A DNA stretch of 52,977 nt, counting the filler, from Bipalium vagum (lineage: Eukaryota), in assembly GCA_037834085.1 (NCBI GenBank). It is 3 parts of 3 records of this genome, joined end to end, with 100 filler letters (N's around TTAATTAATTAA, not from the genome) between each part and the next. Parts side by side here need not be neighbours in the genome. Positions count along the whole stretch, not along the records: positions 1 to 19,799 come from JBBMKC010267571.1; positions 19,900 to 37,213 come from JBBMKC010071700.1; 1 more part is not named here. The stretch is one strand, 5' to 3'. Shown here piece after piece: positions 14,201 to 24,007 of this stretch. The stretch's first letter is position 1. Every line of letters starts with the position of its first letter. Below the pieces are notes generated by a model. It was given only the letters and a program-made list of their open reading frames with translations. It was not told the DNA's origin and ran no database searches. The translations under genes were made by a program, and so were the position numbers.

Positions 14201-14881
14201 TCTTCCTTTCATTACTTTCAAATAATAAATAGTCGGCACTAATCTGTTTGTTTTCGTTGACAGAGTTAAACGGTATTGGCAATATTTTAGATATGGCTCT
14301 CGACGAATTTCACGAATTGCCAGACTTATCAGTTTCCACGACCAGTCTATCAATCTCTGACAACGACAGTACGATACACGAAAATGACGATGTTCGTATA
14401 CATTTCTACCTTTGTAAAAGCTTTACTTAAGTTGATTTAGAAAACGATGACTGAAAACAACGACAATCCTTGTAGTTTTGAGTCCTTTCAGAAATTATTG
14501 AGTAAGTCTTGTTGAAGCTTGTGTCTCATGTGACGACTGTTGCCTATTTTTTGTTTTAGAAGAAACATCGGATGAAAGGAAACAACGAAAGCGCAACAAG
14601 GAAATTGAGATGAACAAATATTTCCGCGAGGTAGGTTTCGAGAAAATTTGCAAAGACGAACGGGAAAAGGTAACCAATTTTTGAGTGGCGAGGACACTAA
14701 ATTGGACTCTTGTTTATTTTTTCAGTACATCCCCATTCGGCAAAAGTTCCTAGAGGTTCTGACCAATTCTCCTCGAACCAACGAACGATACGGCACCGGT
14801 GAATACTATGAGAACGGGTACATTGCCAGCGATGTGCCGGATATTTGGGAAATCGATTATCCCAAATTGTTTGTAGCATAA
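5293..14881 (+). CDS. EFR3: Protein EFR3 homolog (PI4KIIIalpha plasma-membrane scaffold), ~839-857 aa
   Basis: Phase-consistent GT-AG exons: 5293-5302, 5349-5434, 5482-5600, 5645-5795, 5850-5971, 6245-6382, 6455-6580, 6676-6754, 7743-7922, 7994-8220, 8401-8634, 8696-8774, 9813-9935, 9985-10155, 11088-11164, 11418-11560, [11628-11660, 13922-13942 uncertain], 14264-14391, 14441-14501, 14560-14669, 14726-14881. Recognised motifs are FCTCGPFRPKWMKMVDNIY (N-terminal Cys), PEKLDRI, EDTPNYHREYD, AGIKGIYGVVRK, LIDRHNN, RQDIIFMKK and the C-terminal VPDIWEIDYPKLFVA. Confidence 0.93.
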
Positions 14882-14896
14882 TAAAATTGAAATAAA
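14880..14896 (+). promoter_or_regulatory. Candidate polyadenylation signals of EFR3
   Basis: AATAAA at 14880-14885 (overlapping the stop codon) and at 14891-14896, followed by GT/T-rich sequence. Confidence 0.45.
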
Positions 14897-15447
14897 AGTG
14901 TTCCATGTTACAGCCGAAAGGAGTTTTACTTTAGCGAAAATGTGATTGGAATTGTCATTGAGTGCACCTTGTAATTTGTGATGCGAATATTTTCTATTTG
15001 ATTTTTTATCCATAATTGTCCACGCGGAATAATTATAGAATGACGCCAGATTTATAACGTTGCATTTTATTAATTTATCGTACTTGATGAACGAGCCATT
15101 TCAGTGGTCATTCAATGTATATTATTACCGGAAATAAAATATTATTGTTTAGATTGTTTTTTCCTGTTATCTTGTAAAGTTTCGGTTATCATTTTCTCTT
15201 CATCGATTAAAAACAATGGGGATTTCATGATAGCGGGAGTTCACTTTTTCCCCATTTCTGAATTAGGAAACATGAATATAGGATAAAATACTAATAGGGT
15301 AACGATAAAAAATATGTAAAATTGAATGCAGGAATTTATAATATCAATTTATTATAATAATGATTTTGTAAAAGCTATATGATTTATATGAAAACAAACA
15401 GCAAGATATTTTACCGATCATACGAGTCTTCCTTTAACAGGCCGTTA

Positions 15448-15476
15448 TCCGTCGGCCAGGATCGACGGAAATTTAG
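15448..15476 (+). mobile_element. Possible Helitron-type 3' terminus (GC hairpin + TTAG)
   Basis: The hairpin TCCGTCG-GCCAGGAT-CGACGGA stands out in AT-rich DNA and is followed by AAT-TTAG|T. Confidence 0.35.
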
Positions 15477-15862
15477 TATTAATAAGAATTCATAATTATT
15501 GGAATGTAAGTTTTTTTCTACCGACCAACTGAATGAAACAAAATAAAAAGGTAAAATATGAATATTTTTTGTCCAACAGTAAATAAATATGAAAATTAAA
15601 CATTGAACCAGAAGAATATTTAAGAAAAAACATTTTGCTTTTATGAAATGTAAATTTTTACCACCAAGAAATTTAAATTTATCAGTTTTATTAAATAAGA
15701 ACGAAATAGGAAATACGCAAAATTTAAAAATTGTCATAATATTGAAATTTTTGTCAAAATAAATAGACGTAAAATTTGTTTTTATAATAAAAATGACCTA
15801 ATTCATACAAAAAGAATATGTAAAATGTGTTAAAAAGTCAAGCAAGAAAAATGTAAACACAA

Positions 15863-17016
15863 CAGGGATTTTCATTTAATTTAGTCAAATGTTCATTTAA
15901 TTTAGACAACATTTATTGTGAAAAGTTTTTAATCCATGATCACTTCTTTTCTTGCACATCTTAACAGATATTTTATCATATATTTATAAAAACCTAAACA
16001 TTTATTGCTTGTAATAGGAAGAGATGTCCACTTTGCTAAAATCTCCTCAATCGGGTTTAGGAAGGAAGAATAAGGTGTTAGATAGACACATTGATACCCA
16101 AGTTCTCGTATTTTTTCTTCAGCAAGTGAAGAACGGTGAAATGAAACATTATCCATGACAATAGCTGCCTTAACAACACTACAAATTTGTAGCTTCACAT
16201 GGAGGTTATTAAGAAAAGATATAATTTTCTGTATTATAGGCATTGACTTGATTTTCAAAGTATAATAGTCCATCAACATTCATCTCACAGCAATAGAAGA
16301 TATCTCTTGATCTGAATCCTGAAACATTTAATGCTGCCGGTGAACTCTTCAAAGAGCATCCCTCTCTTGAGCACATGAAAGCATAAAAACCAACTTCATC
16401 TATAAATATTATTTCATTCTCTTTACAGCAGAAATTATATCCAAAATGAGGCTGAATAATCTTCTCTTTTTAAATGTTGAGGAGGTAATTTCGATGTTCA
16501 GGTATTTTGTTTATTCTTTTAAGGGTATAATGAAACCATTTAAGACTTCTATAGGCAGTTGTTGGTGATATTTTAACCCCAAATATTTTCATACATTTCT
16601 GTTATTTTTGCCAATGTTAAAGCAATTGGCATCAACCCATTATCGAATTTGTGCTTCCTCTTCCTCACTTGTAATTTTGGACGATGAGAGCCTTTTTATC
16701 TAACTTACTACTACTAGTGATCTGGTTTTTCTTTATAACTGAATACCCCGTTGATCGTTTCAAATCTAAAATCTTTGCAATATCCGAGGGATTTTAGTAG
16801 AATTCATAATAATAATTTTGGATCGTAAATCGTCACAAATCTGCTACATTTGTATTAAAATTAGGAAATTATATCACATATATACATGCAATTTTTAACT
16901 GTTTTTTATTTAGAAATATAATAAATATAAGTAATGATAAACAACAATATTAATAATTATAATTGTTTTGACTAAATTAAATGAAAAATTAGAAGGTTCT
17001 GATCTAAATATCCCCC
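15863..17016 (-). mobile_element. IS630/Tc1-superfamily DDE transposon, decayed
   Basis: Minus-strand motifs IIFIDEVGF, IVMDNVSFHR and YLTPYSSFLNPIEE. There is a perfect 21-bp inverted repeat at 15869-15889 / 16967-16987. Confidence 0.85.
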
Positions 17017-17224
17017 TATTTGTAAAAAAAATTAGAACCTAAAAATTTCACCTAAAAATCTTTTTGTTTAAAAATAACATCTATATAAAAACACTAAAAT
17101 ACGCATTTAGTACAGATAAAAATATAAATTTGATAAATGAAATAAAGATAAAAATATATGAATTATCGGTTACAAACCGTCTTTGGGACAATTTTTTATA
17201 TGCATTGAAAAATTTTAATAAGCA

Positions 17225-17860
17225 TGTTACGATTCTAAAGGATGGGTAGATGTTAAAAGTGGAGCTTAATGTATTTAGGTCTTAACGTGTGAAGGTTGCT
17301 TATTAACGGGTTCGTTAAAATTAACTAAAATGATTGAGAAAACGATTTGAATTTTAATGCTTTTATTTTGATTAAAATAAAGTTTAAATTTACAAATGTG
17401 TGATATCAACCTTGATTGATTTCGAAAATATTTTATTAATTAAATTTATTAAGAAAAATCCTCTCGCTCTTAGGCTCAGAGGTCCTCGATTAAAGAAGAA
17501 TAATTTATCTCACCGCTCTACTTAGCGTATAAAACAAAAACAATAAAAAGAAAAAGGTAGAAAGAGCGGAAAATAAAAAATTATATAATCCTCAGGTCCT
17601 GGCCTGAGGAGTTATTTATTTATTATAGACAAACGGTGCCTTGTTTAACAAGACACGCCAGTTTAATTATTAAAAGAATATAGCAAATGAAATATCAATC
17701 CTATATGAAATTGTTATAGAGCGATTTTAAATTAGGAATTTTACTTTTTTTTAATTTAAGAATCGAGCTAGTCTTGATAAACTTTAGTTTCAAGCTAATT
17801 ATTATTATAATTATTATTGAGTTTTTATTTTATAATAAATTTTGATACACAAGTGTAACA
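17225..17860 (-). mobile_element. LTR-like repeat, copy 2
   Basis: Bounded by TGTTAC (17225) and GTAACA (17860; an alternative end lies at 17930). It shares all conserved blocks with copies 1 and 3. No clean target-site duplication (AGCA vs AGTT). Confidence 0.6.
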
Positions 17861-18025
17861 AGTTGTGATAAACAATATTTTAATTTATTATTATTAAATA
17901 TTATAAAAACTTTGTTACACTATTGTAACAAGTTATTAAATAAAATACTAAAATAAACCAAAAATTACTTTTCAAAAAATCTCAAAAAGCATGAACCAAA
18001 TTTTATTTTATCAATATATTTTCTT

Positions 18026-18422
18026 TATTTTTGTTCCTTCGGACCACTATATATAGAACTGAATTAATAATCATTATTAATCATTACAAAATTTGTTATA
18101 GAATTAGAAGAACCTAATATTTGAATTGTTTCTACTTCTGTTGATTCTAATCTTAAAGTTGCATTTGAAAAAAAATAAGGAAAGAAATTATTTTGCAATG
18201 TAATATTTTCATTTGCTTTTATATCTTGAACTTTAATTTCAAAAACTAAAAATGCTCCTGTTAAATTTAAAGCATTTACAGTTGGTAATAAACTAAAATT
18301 TAATCTTTTATTTTCATGTAAATTTGAAACAGAAGTAGGATTTAAAGAGATTTCTAAATAATCACATTTTTTGTTGATAAATCTTGATGGTAATAATTTT
18401 TTTCTACATTTAAGGAGCTCAT
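18026..18422 (-). pseudogene. Polinton/Maverick-like major capsid protein (double jelly-roll), N-terminal relic
   Basis: Translation ...LNLTGAFLVFEIKVQDIKANENITLQNNFFPYFFSNATLRLESTEVETIQILGSSNSITNFVM resembles the NN...FS...L...(I/V)E.I...G pattern of Polinton major capsid N-termini. It sits next to, and on the same strand as, the packaging ATPase. Frameshifted near the ATG and truncated. Confidence 0.6.
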
Positions 18423-18444
18423 TTTTTAATAAAAAAGTGAGAAA

Positions 18445-19200
18445 TTAAGATTTTTAAAAAATAAAAAGTATTTTAAAAGTAGATGACAATATAACTTCAT
18501 TCTCTAAATTTATAAAAAAATAATTATATTTTTTATACATGTGAAAATTAAATAAATAATCAAATTCTTGTTTTTCAATAAAATGAGATAACATTTTTAA
18601 ATAAATTTGTGATTTATCATTTTTAAAAATATTTAAAAATTGTATTATTTCTTATACTTCTTAAAGACAAATCAAAAAATGATTGTGATAAATAAATAAC
18701 TGAACATTTATTATGATACCTTCCTCTAGTAAAATAAATATTCATAATGTGTTGATTTTTTTCATTTATTACATCTTCAAAATAATTAAATTTTTCTAAG
18801 TTATTTAATTTATCAGCAGGCTGAATTTCATTTGCTTTATCAAATAATATCACCTTTATTTTTTTTCTTTAAATTCAAAATCAACAGCTTCATCAAATTT
18901 TAGTTTTGTTTTTCTTTAGACTTTTCATAAACATCATTTTTTGATAATCCACAATCAAAACAATCTTTAATATATTTAATAGCTGGTTGATTGAATACTG
19001 TTTTAGAAATAATTATAAGATTATCATAATTTAGGTAATTTGGAGTTAATATCTTTTTATATAACAATTCTGTTTTACGAGAACAACTTGGTCCAATAAT
19101 AAACATTCTAAAAATTCTTGGGAAGTTTTTGTGATTATTAGTTGTCTTAATCTTAAAATTGTCTTATCATCTAAAATATCTGAAAAAAATTATCATCCAT
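18445..19200 (-). pseudogene. Polinton/Maverick-type A32/FtsK-like DNA-packaging ATPase, decayed
   Basis: MFIIGPSCSRKT (decayed Walker A), VILFD (Walker B) and YFTRGRYHNKCSVIYLSQSFF...SIRNN (GRH/SQ/RxN signature). Several frameshifts; no introns. Confidence 0.85.
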
Positions 19201-19238
19201 TTTTTAATATTATTTTTAAAAAAAATAAAAATAATAAA

Positions 19239-19351
19239 TTATTCAGTTTGTTTGAGGTGAATAATAAAACTAATTTCTTTTGCATTGAAATCAATTAATT
19301 CTTTATTATCATCAATTATTTTAAATTTTATTGCAGAAATATATTTTTTAT
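19239..19351 (-). pseudogene. Polinton-like minor capsid (penton) C-terminal fragment
   Basis: YKKYISAIKFKIIDDNKELIDFNAKEISFIIHLKQTE* fits the I.I.D...IDF.....HLK end of Polinton minor capsid proteins. It lies directly upstream of the ATPase and is cut by LTR-like copy 3. Confidence 0.6.
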
Positions 19352-19799
19352 AGTTAAGTTTTTCTAAGATTGGGATGGAATTAAAAAAATTGTTAATTAT
19401 CGGAGCTTAATTAACTCTTAGGACTTAACGGTTGAAGATTGCTTGCAGTTGTGTTCGTCAAAATATAAATTGATTTAAATAAACTGAGATAACGCTGTGA
19501 GTTAAATACTTTTATTAAAATCAAATTAAAGTTTGATTATACAAATGAATGATACCAACGTTGACCGATTAAAATGAGTTTATTAATTATGGTTATTATT
19601 TATAAAAAATCCTCTCGCACTTAGGCTCAGAGGTCCTCAATAAAAAAAAACAAGTATACTTCACCGCCCTACTTAGCGTGTGAAATATGAACAAAAAAAA
19701 CAAAAGGTAACGAGAAAAAGGTATTCAAAAAGTTACTTGATCCTCAGGTCCTGGCCTGAGTATTTAATTATTATTAAGTTATACAAACTGTGTCTTGTC
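19352..19799 (-). mobile_element. LTR-like repeat, copy 3 (truncated by the assembly gap)
   Basis: Same orientation as copy 2. Block 19609-19638 is 29/30 identical to copies 1 and 2, and the hairpin CTCAGG-TCCTGG-CCTGAG lies at 19743-19760. Confidence 0.6.
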
Positions 19800-19899
19800 N
19801 NNNNNNNNNNNNNNNNNNNNNNNNNNNNNNNNNNNNNNNNNNNTTAATTAATTAANNNNNNNNNNNNNNNNNNNNNNNNNNNNNNNNNNNNNNNNNNNN
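19800..19899. other. Assembly gap with artificial TTAATTAATTAA six-frame-stop linker
   Basis: 44 N + TTAATTAATTAA + 44 N; identical in form to the gap at 37214-37313. Confidence 0.97.
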
Positions 19900-19999
19900 T
19901 ATTATTATTAATTATATTATTATTATATTATTAATAATATAATTTTATAATGTTAGTATTATTATAATCAGGGAAATTTTATCTAATTCATGATCATAT

Positions 20000-21480
20000 T
20001 TGTTAAAATAAAGAAGAATATCTCTTTTCATCTGACATTCACAGTTTCACAGAAAATCAATAAAGTACATTTTAATAAATTTGGAAAATGTGTTCTACAT
20101 TATAAAAATTCTAGATGTAAGTCATGTAAGATGTCATTTTCCATTTCCTTTTTGTACTTTTGAAAGTTTAATTTTATAAATATTTATCTGCAAGTCAGAT
20201 AAGTCATTTTCAGATATTGTCTTTCATTCCACTAATAAATATTATCATTTGTTTCTCTGAAATGATATTTTCTTTAATTTTTATGGAATTTCAAATTACA
20301 ATTTGATCTAAAATCAATATTCAGTGTTTCATGCTTCAAATTTATTATTTATGACAGTCAAAAATATAATTAATTTGGCGCCAGTGTCTGCATTTAATAT
20401 ATTTTTAATACATTTTTTATTTTTTCATTATTAAGTTTATTTAAGGAATTTTCACAAAGAAAAATATTTTTGGAAATTTGGTGTTAATTTAACACTGTGA
20501 ATATTTAATTATCATTTTCAGACCAGTCTAAATCTTTAATCTTTATTATCTTTGAATTTCTTTTGAGGGATCCAGATTGTTCTAAGTTCTATAATCAAGA
20601 GTAATGGTTACAGACAAAATATCACTGTGTCTTAAATTTTGTTTTTAATTTCCATTAATATTCGTCAGATTCCTTAGATTATAACCGATTAATAATTAAT
20701 AACTTTATTTAATCTAAATTAAAGATTTATTGATTTCCATTGTCAATTAGGTATCGACGTTAGTACTATCAGAGTGAAAACTTGCTCTAATAAAATAAAA
20801 AGAGTAAATGAACGGATTTTAACAAAAATATAATATAGAAATTAGTCTCTTAAAATGGAAGATATCGAATTTTCCAAAAATCATATTCACGAAATTAATT
20901 TTTTGGAATACCAGGAATAATTGAACATAAATATTACTTATCTTCTAGACCTTTAAAATGAAATTAATGAATGTAATGTAGGAAGGACTTAGGCAATTCT
21001 ACAAATTATTTAGAATCAGAGATATAAATCATCGGAATATCGAAACATGTTTAAAATGCTTATTGGTTCTTAATGATTCTTGGAAATATTTTTTTAGATA
21101 AATATTATTTAGGTGTATTCTAAACAAGATATATCTTGTTATCTCAGATACATAATAAATGAAGATCATTTTTATTTAAAATCATATCTTGCATTAACCA
21201 AACTCAGTCTAAGGTCTGACAAAAATGTTGTAGCTCTGTTTCTAAATAATTAGGAGTTTTTCAATAAACAAATAAAAAAATAATTCATAAGTTCTAAAAT
21301 TTTATTTAAACGACATATGCATCAACCATTTGTTCCAAATGATGTCTCAAACCACTTCACAATTATTACAATTTCCCATAATTGTGTCACAAAATATCAA
21401 ATATCTCAAAATCACAACTTTTGCGACATCTTCGACCAATGAAATAAAATTTTAAAAATGAAAATTATTAACAATAAAAA
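20000..21480 (-). mobile_element. Possible highly decayed LTR-retrotransposon internal region
   Basis: Minus-strand ADTGA (20377-20388; aspartic protease-like). Downstream near 20020-20150 are ILHDLH...NCECQ fragments reminiscent of an integrase H2C2 finger. The rest is unreadable. Confidence 0.3.
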
Positions 21481-21896
21481 ATAAATTATTATTATGAATG
21501 GATATGCAAAGAGCCTGGAATCGGCTTCAGATCATACTTAACAGTGGACTACCCGGGTCTATTTAAGTACCAGAAATTCTATATTTATCAGTTTACTTGG
21601 GAGCCTATTCAACACGTCCCCAACTACCTCTGAATTTTTTTTAAACCCCCAGTTCTAAGAGCTGCTTTTATAGCTCCCACTGGCGAATCAGACCGGTTGC
21701 TCTGAGAACTGATAGATCGTTAATTATAACAGCCCAATCAGACCAAAGATCTGATTTCCTGCCACTCAAACAAAAAGAAGAAAAATTACTTTTGCCCTAG
21801 ATCAGGAAAAGTAATTATTTAGGTTATTCCATTTAGGCAGTAATCCTGTCGTAAAAAATTGTTAATTTTTTATTAATTTTAATATTTTCATTATTT

Positions 21897-21898
<2 letters not shown>

Positions 21899-21970
<72 letters not shown>
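21899..21970. repeat. (ATT)n microsatellite, ~24 units
   Basis: Directly visible perfect tandem repeat. Confidence 0.95.
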
Positions 21971-21974
<4 letters not shown>

Positions 21975-22786
21975 TACTGCTATTTTTATTATTCTTAAAC
22001 GTATCAAGATAAAATTTAAACCAAAAAAATTAAATAAAGTAGACTCAACGAATGAATCTATATGAGTTATTGATAATTTTACAGATAGTTATTTTTAAAA
22101 TTTTTGATAAGAGGTACCAAACTTATTTAATGGTCCTTACTTGTAATTACGTTCATTTACAAAATCACATTAGGTAATGTGAATCTATAAATTATTCAAA
22201 AATTACAGGTTTTATAAATAATAATTTTAATTTAATTTTAATTAATTAACAAATTTAAAATATTTTCATTTGAGGAAAATGTGAGGAATGATAATTAAAT
22301 TAAGAGATTTCATTCAAACTTAAAAATTCAGTAAATTTAATTTTATTTGTTAAGTAGTGACATTTACCGAATTAAAGCGTTTTAGAATATTAATAATTAT
22401 GATTTTTATTTTTATAAAAGTAATATTATTTGAAATAAAGTCTAATTATTTGAAAGTTTATCAATAAAAACACACCTAATGATTTTCCAAAAATTCCTAA
22501 ATGCCTTAAAATCGTTTTTGATTGGGGATTATTATAATTAAATCACACGTAATAATTATAATAATTACTTAAAAATAGGAAAGTATTTGTTACTTAAACT
22601 TTTACAATAATTAGTTTTAAAGAACTTTTGTTAAAGGGAATAACAAATCTCCAAAAGATGAGAAATAACATAACACTAAAACATTTCTTAGAAACATGTT
22701 GATAAATTATTGATTGTGCACTTGAAGAAATCAGTACCAAAAAATATAATCTTCAAAATAATAAATAATTGATTTAGTTAAATTTA

Positions 22787-24007
22787 CGAGGGTTTGATAA
22801 AAAGTTCTCGGTATAAGAAAGAAAGAACAAACTTTTTTGACAAAAATTATATTTTATCTTCAACATGATATAGATTCATTCTAATGATAATCAAGTCTTT
22901 TAATCCCATCAGCATAGTATGATTTATCAAGACTTTCGGAATATGGATTAGTTTCCTATTTTACTCCCTGAATTGAATTTTCAAAGGAAACAAGAAAAAA
23001 TCACTCGGTGTCAAATCCGGAGAGTATAGTGGAGGAGGAAGCAATTAATATCGTACTTCATAGAGTTTTCCATGTGCAACTATTGATGAATGAGATGTTA
23101 CATGATGAAAAAGCACATTTTGCCTTTCTAGGTGCGGACGTTTATTCTTGATATCGTCCTTCAATCTGCTCAATAATGATGCATAATATATTTCCTGTGA
23201 TTGTTTTTCATTTTTCCAGATAATCAGGCAATATTTCCCTTCACATCCCAAAAAATGTTGTCATAAGTTTTCCTGCTGATGGAAAAACTTTTGCCTATTG
23301 TGGTGCACTGGAACGTGCTTCTACCCATTGATTTGACTGCTATAATGGTGTATCCATGTTCCATCAACAGTAACGAATTGTCGTAAAAATCAAACTTAAT
23401 TATGCTGAAACAGCTGTAAACATTGATTTGTCAGATTCATTCTTTGACTCTTAATCAATTGTTGCATATGCACCTAACCTTTTCATATGTAACAGAGCCT
23501 GAAGAATCTTTCGTATGCGTTCATCTAAATCTTTTTAATATCAGCAAGTTCATGAGCCTTTTTACGACGATCATCCTAAACTGTGTTGTTCATTCTTGCA
23601 ATAAATTCATCAATTTTGAATGTGCATTGTCTTCCGAAGGTTCATCATCTTTAATCGATGTGCGACTACACGTAAATTCAAATCATTTCAATCATTTTAA
23701 TTTCAACATTTGATTGTTGAAAATGATGGAGCAGAATCACCAAGTGTAGAATCCATTTTATTTTTAATCTATGTTGGAGTTAAGCCTTTCAAAATGAAAT
23801 TCTTAATCACATCGCGATGTTCTATTTTTTGAAAAAATAAGGTAATTGTTTAATTCAAACAATTGTTACAACGAAAAAATAATGAAATGAAATAGTTTGG
23901 AAATCATAACGCAATTACACAGACTTGTATTTTTAAAAAATATTATCCATTTTATTTAATTGATGTTCTTTTCTTTGTTAGATCGAGAACTTTTCACCTC
24001 ACCTTCG
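22787..24007 (-). mobile_element. Near-full-length decayed mariner transposon
   Basis: Imperfect TIRs (CGAGGGTTTGATAAAAAGTTCTCG / CGAGAACTTTTCACCTCACCTTCG) with TA on both sides. Minus-strand transposase relics include KGLTPT..KMDSTLGDSAPSFSTI, YYASLLSRLKDDIKNKRPHL and PPLYSPDLTPSDFFLF. Confidence 0.9.

Noticed and set aside
14488-15013. Minus-strand ORFs over the EFR3 3' exons (similarly 6302-6553, 9826-10080, 29362-29691, 39508-39717, and plus-strand ORFs over CTSA)
   Set aside because: They are antisense shadows of real exons and carry no recognisable motifs.
15441-15460. GCCGTTA resembling the start of a planarian spliced-leader RNA
   Set aside because: The similarity ends after 7 nt, with no leader 3' AUG/GU donor or Sm site.
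19844-19855. TTAATTAATTAA palindrome inside N runs (also at 37258-37269)
   Set aside because: An identical motif centred in both 100-nt gaps, so it is a scaffolding linker and not biology.
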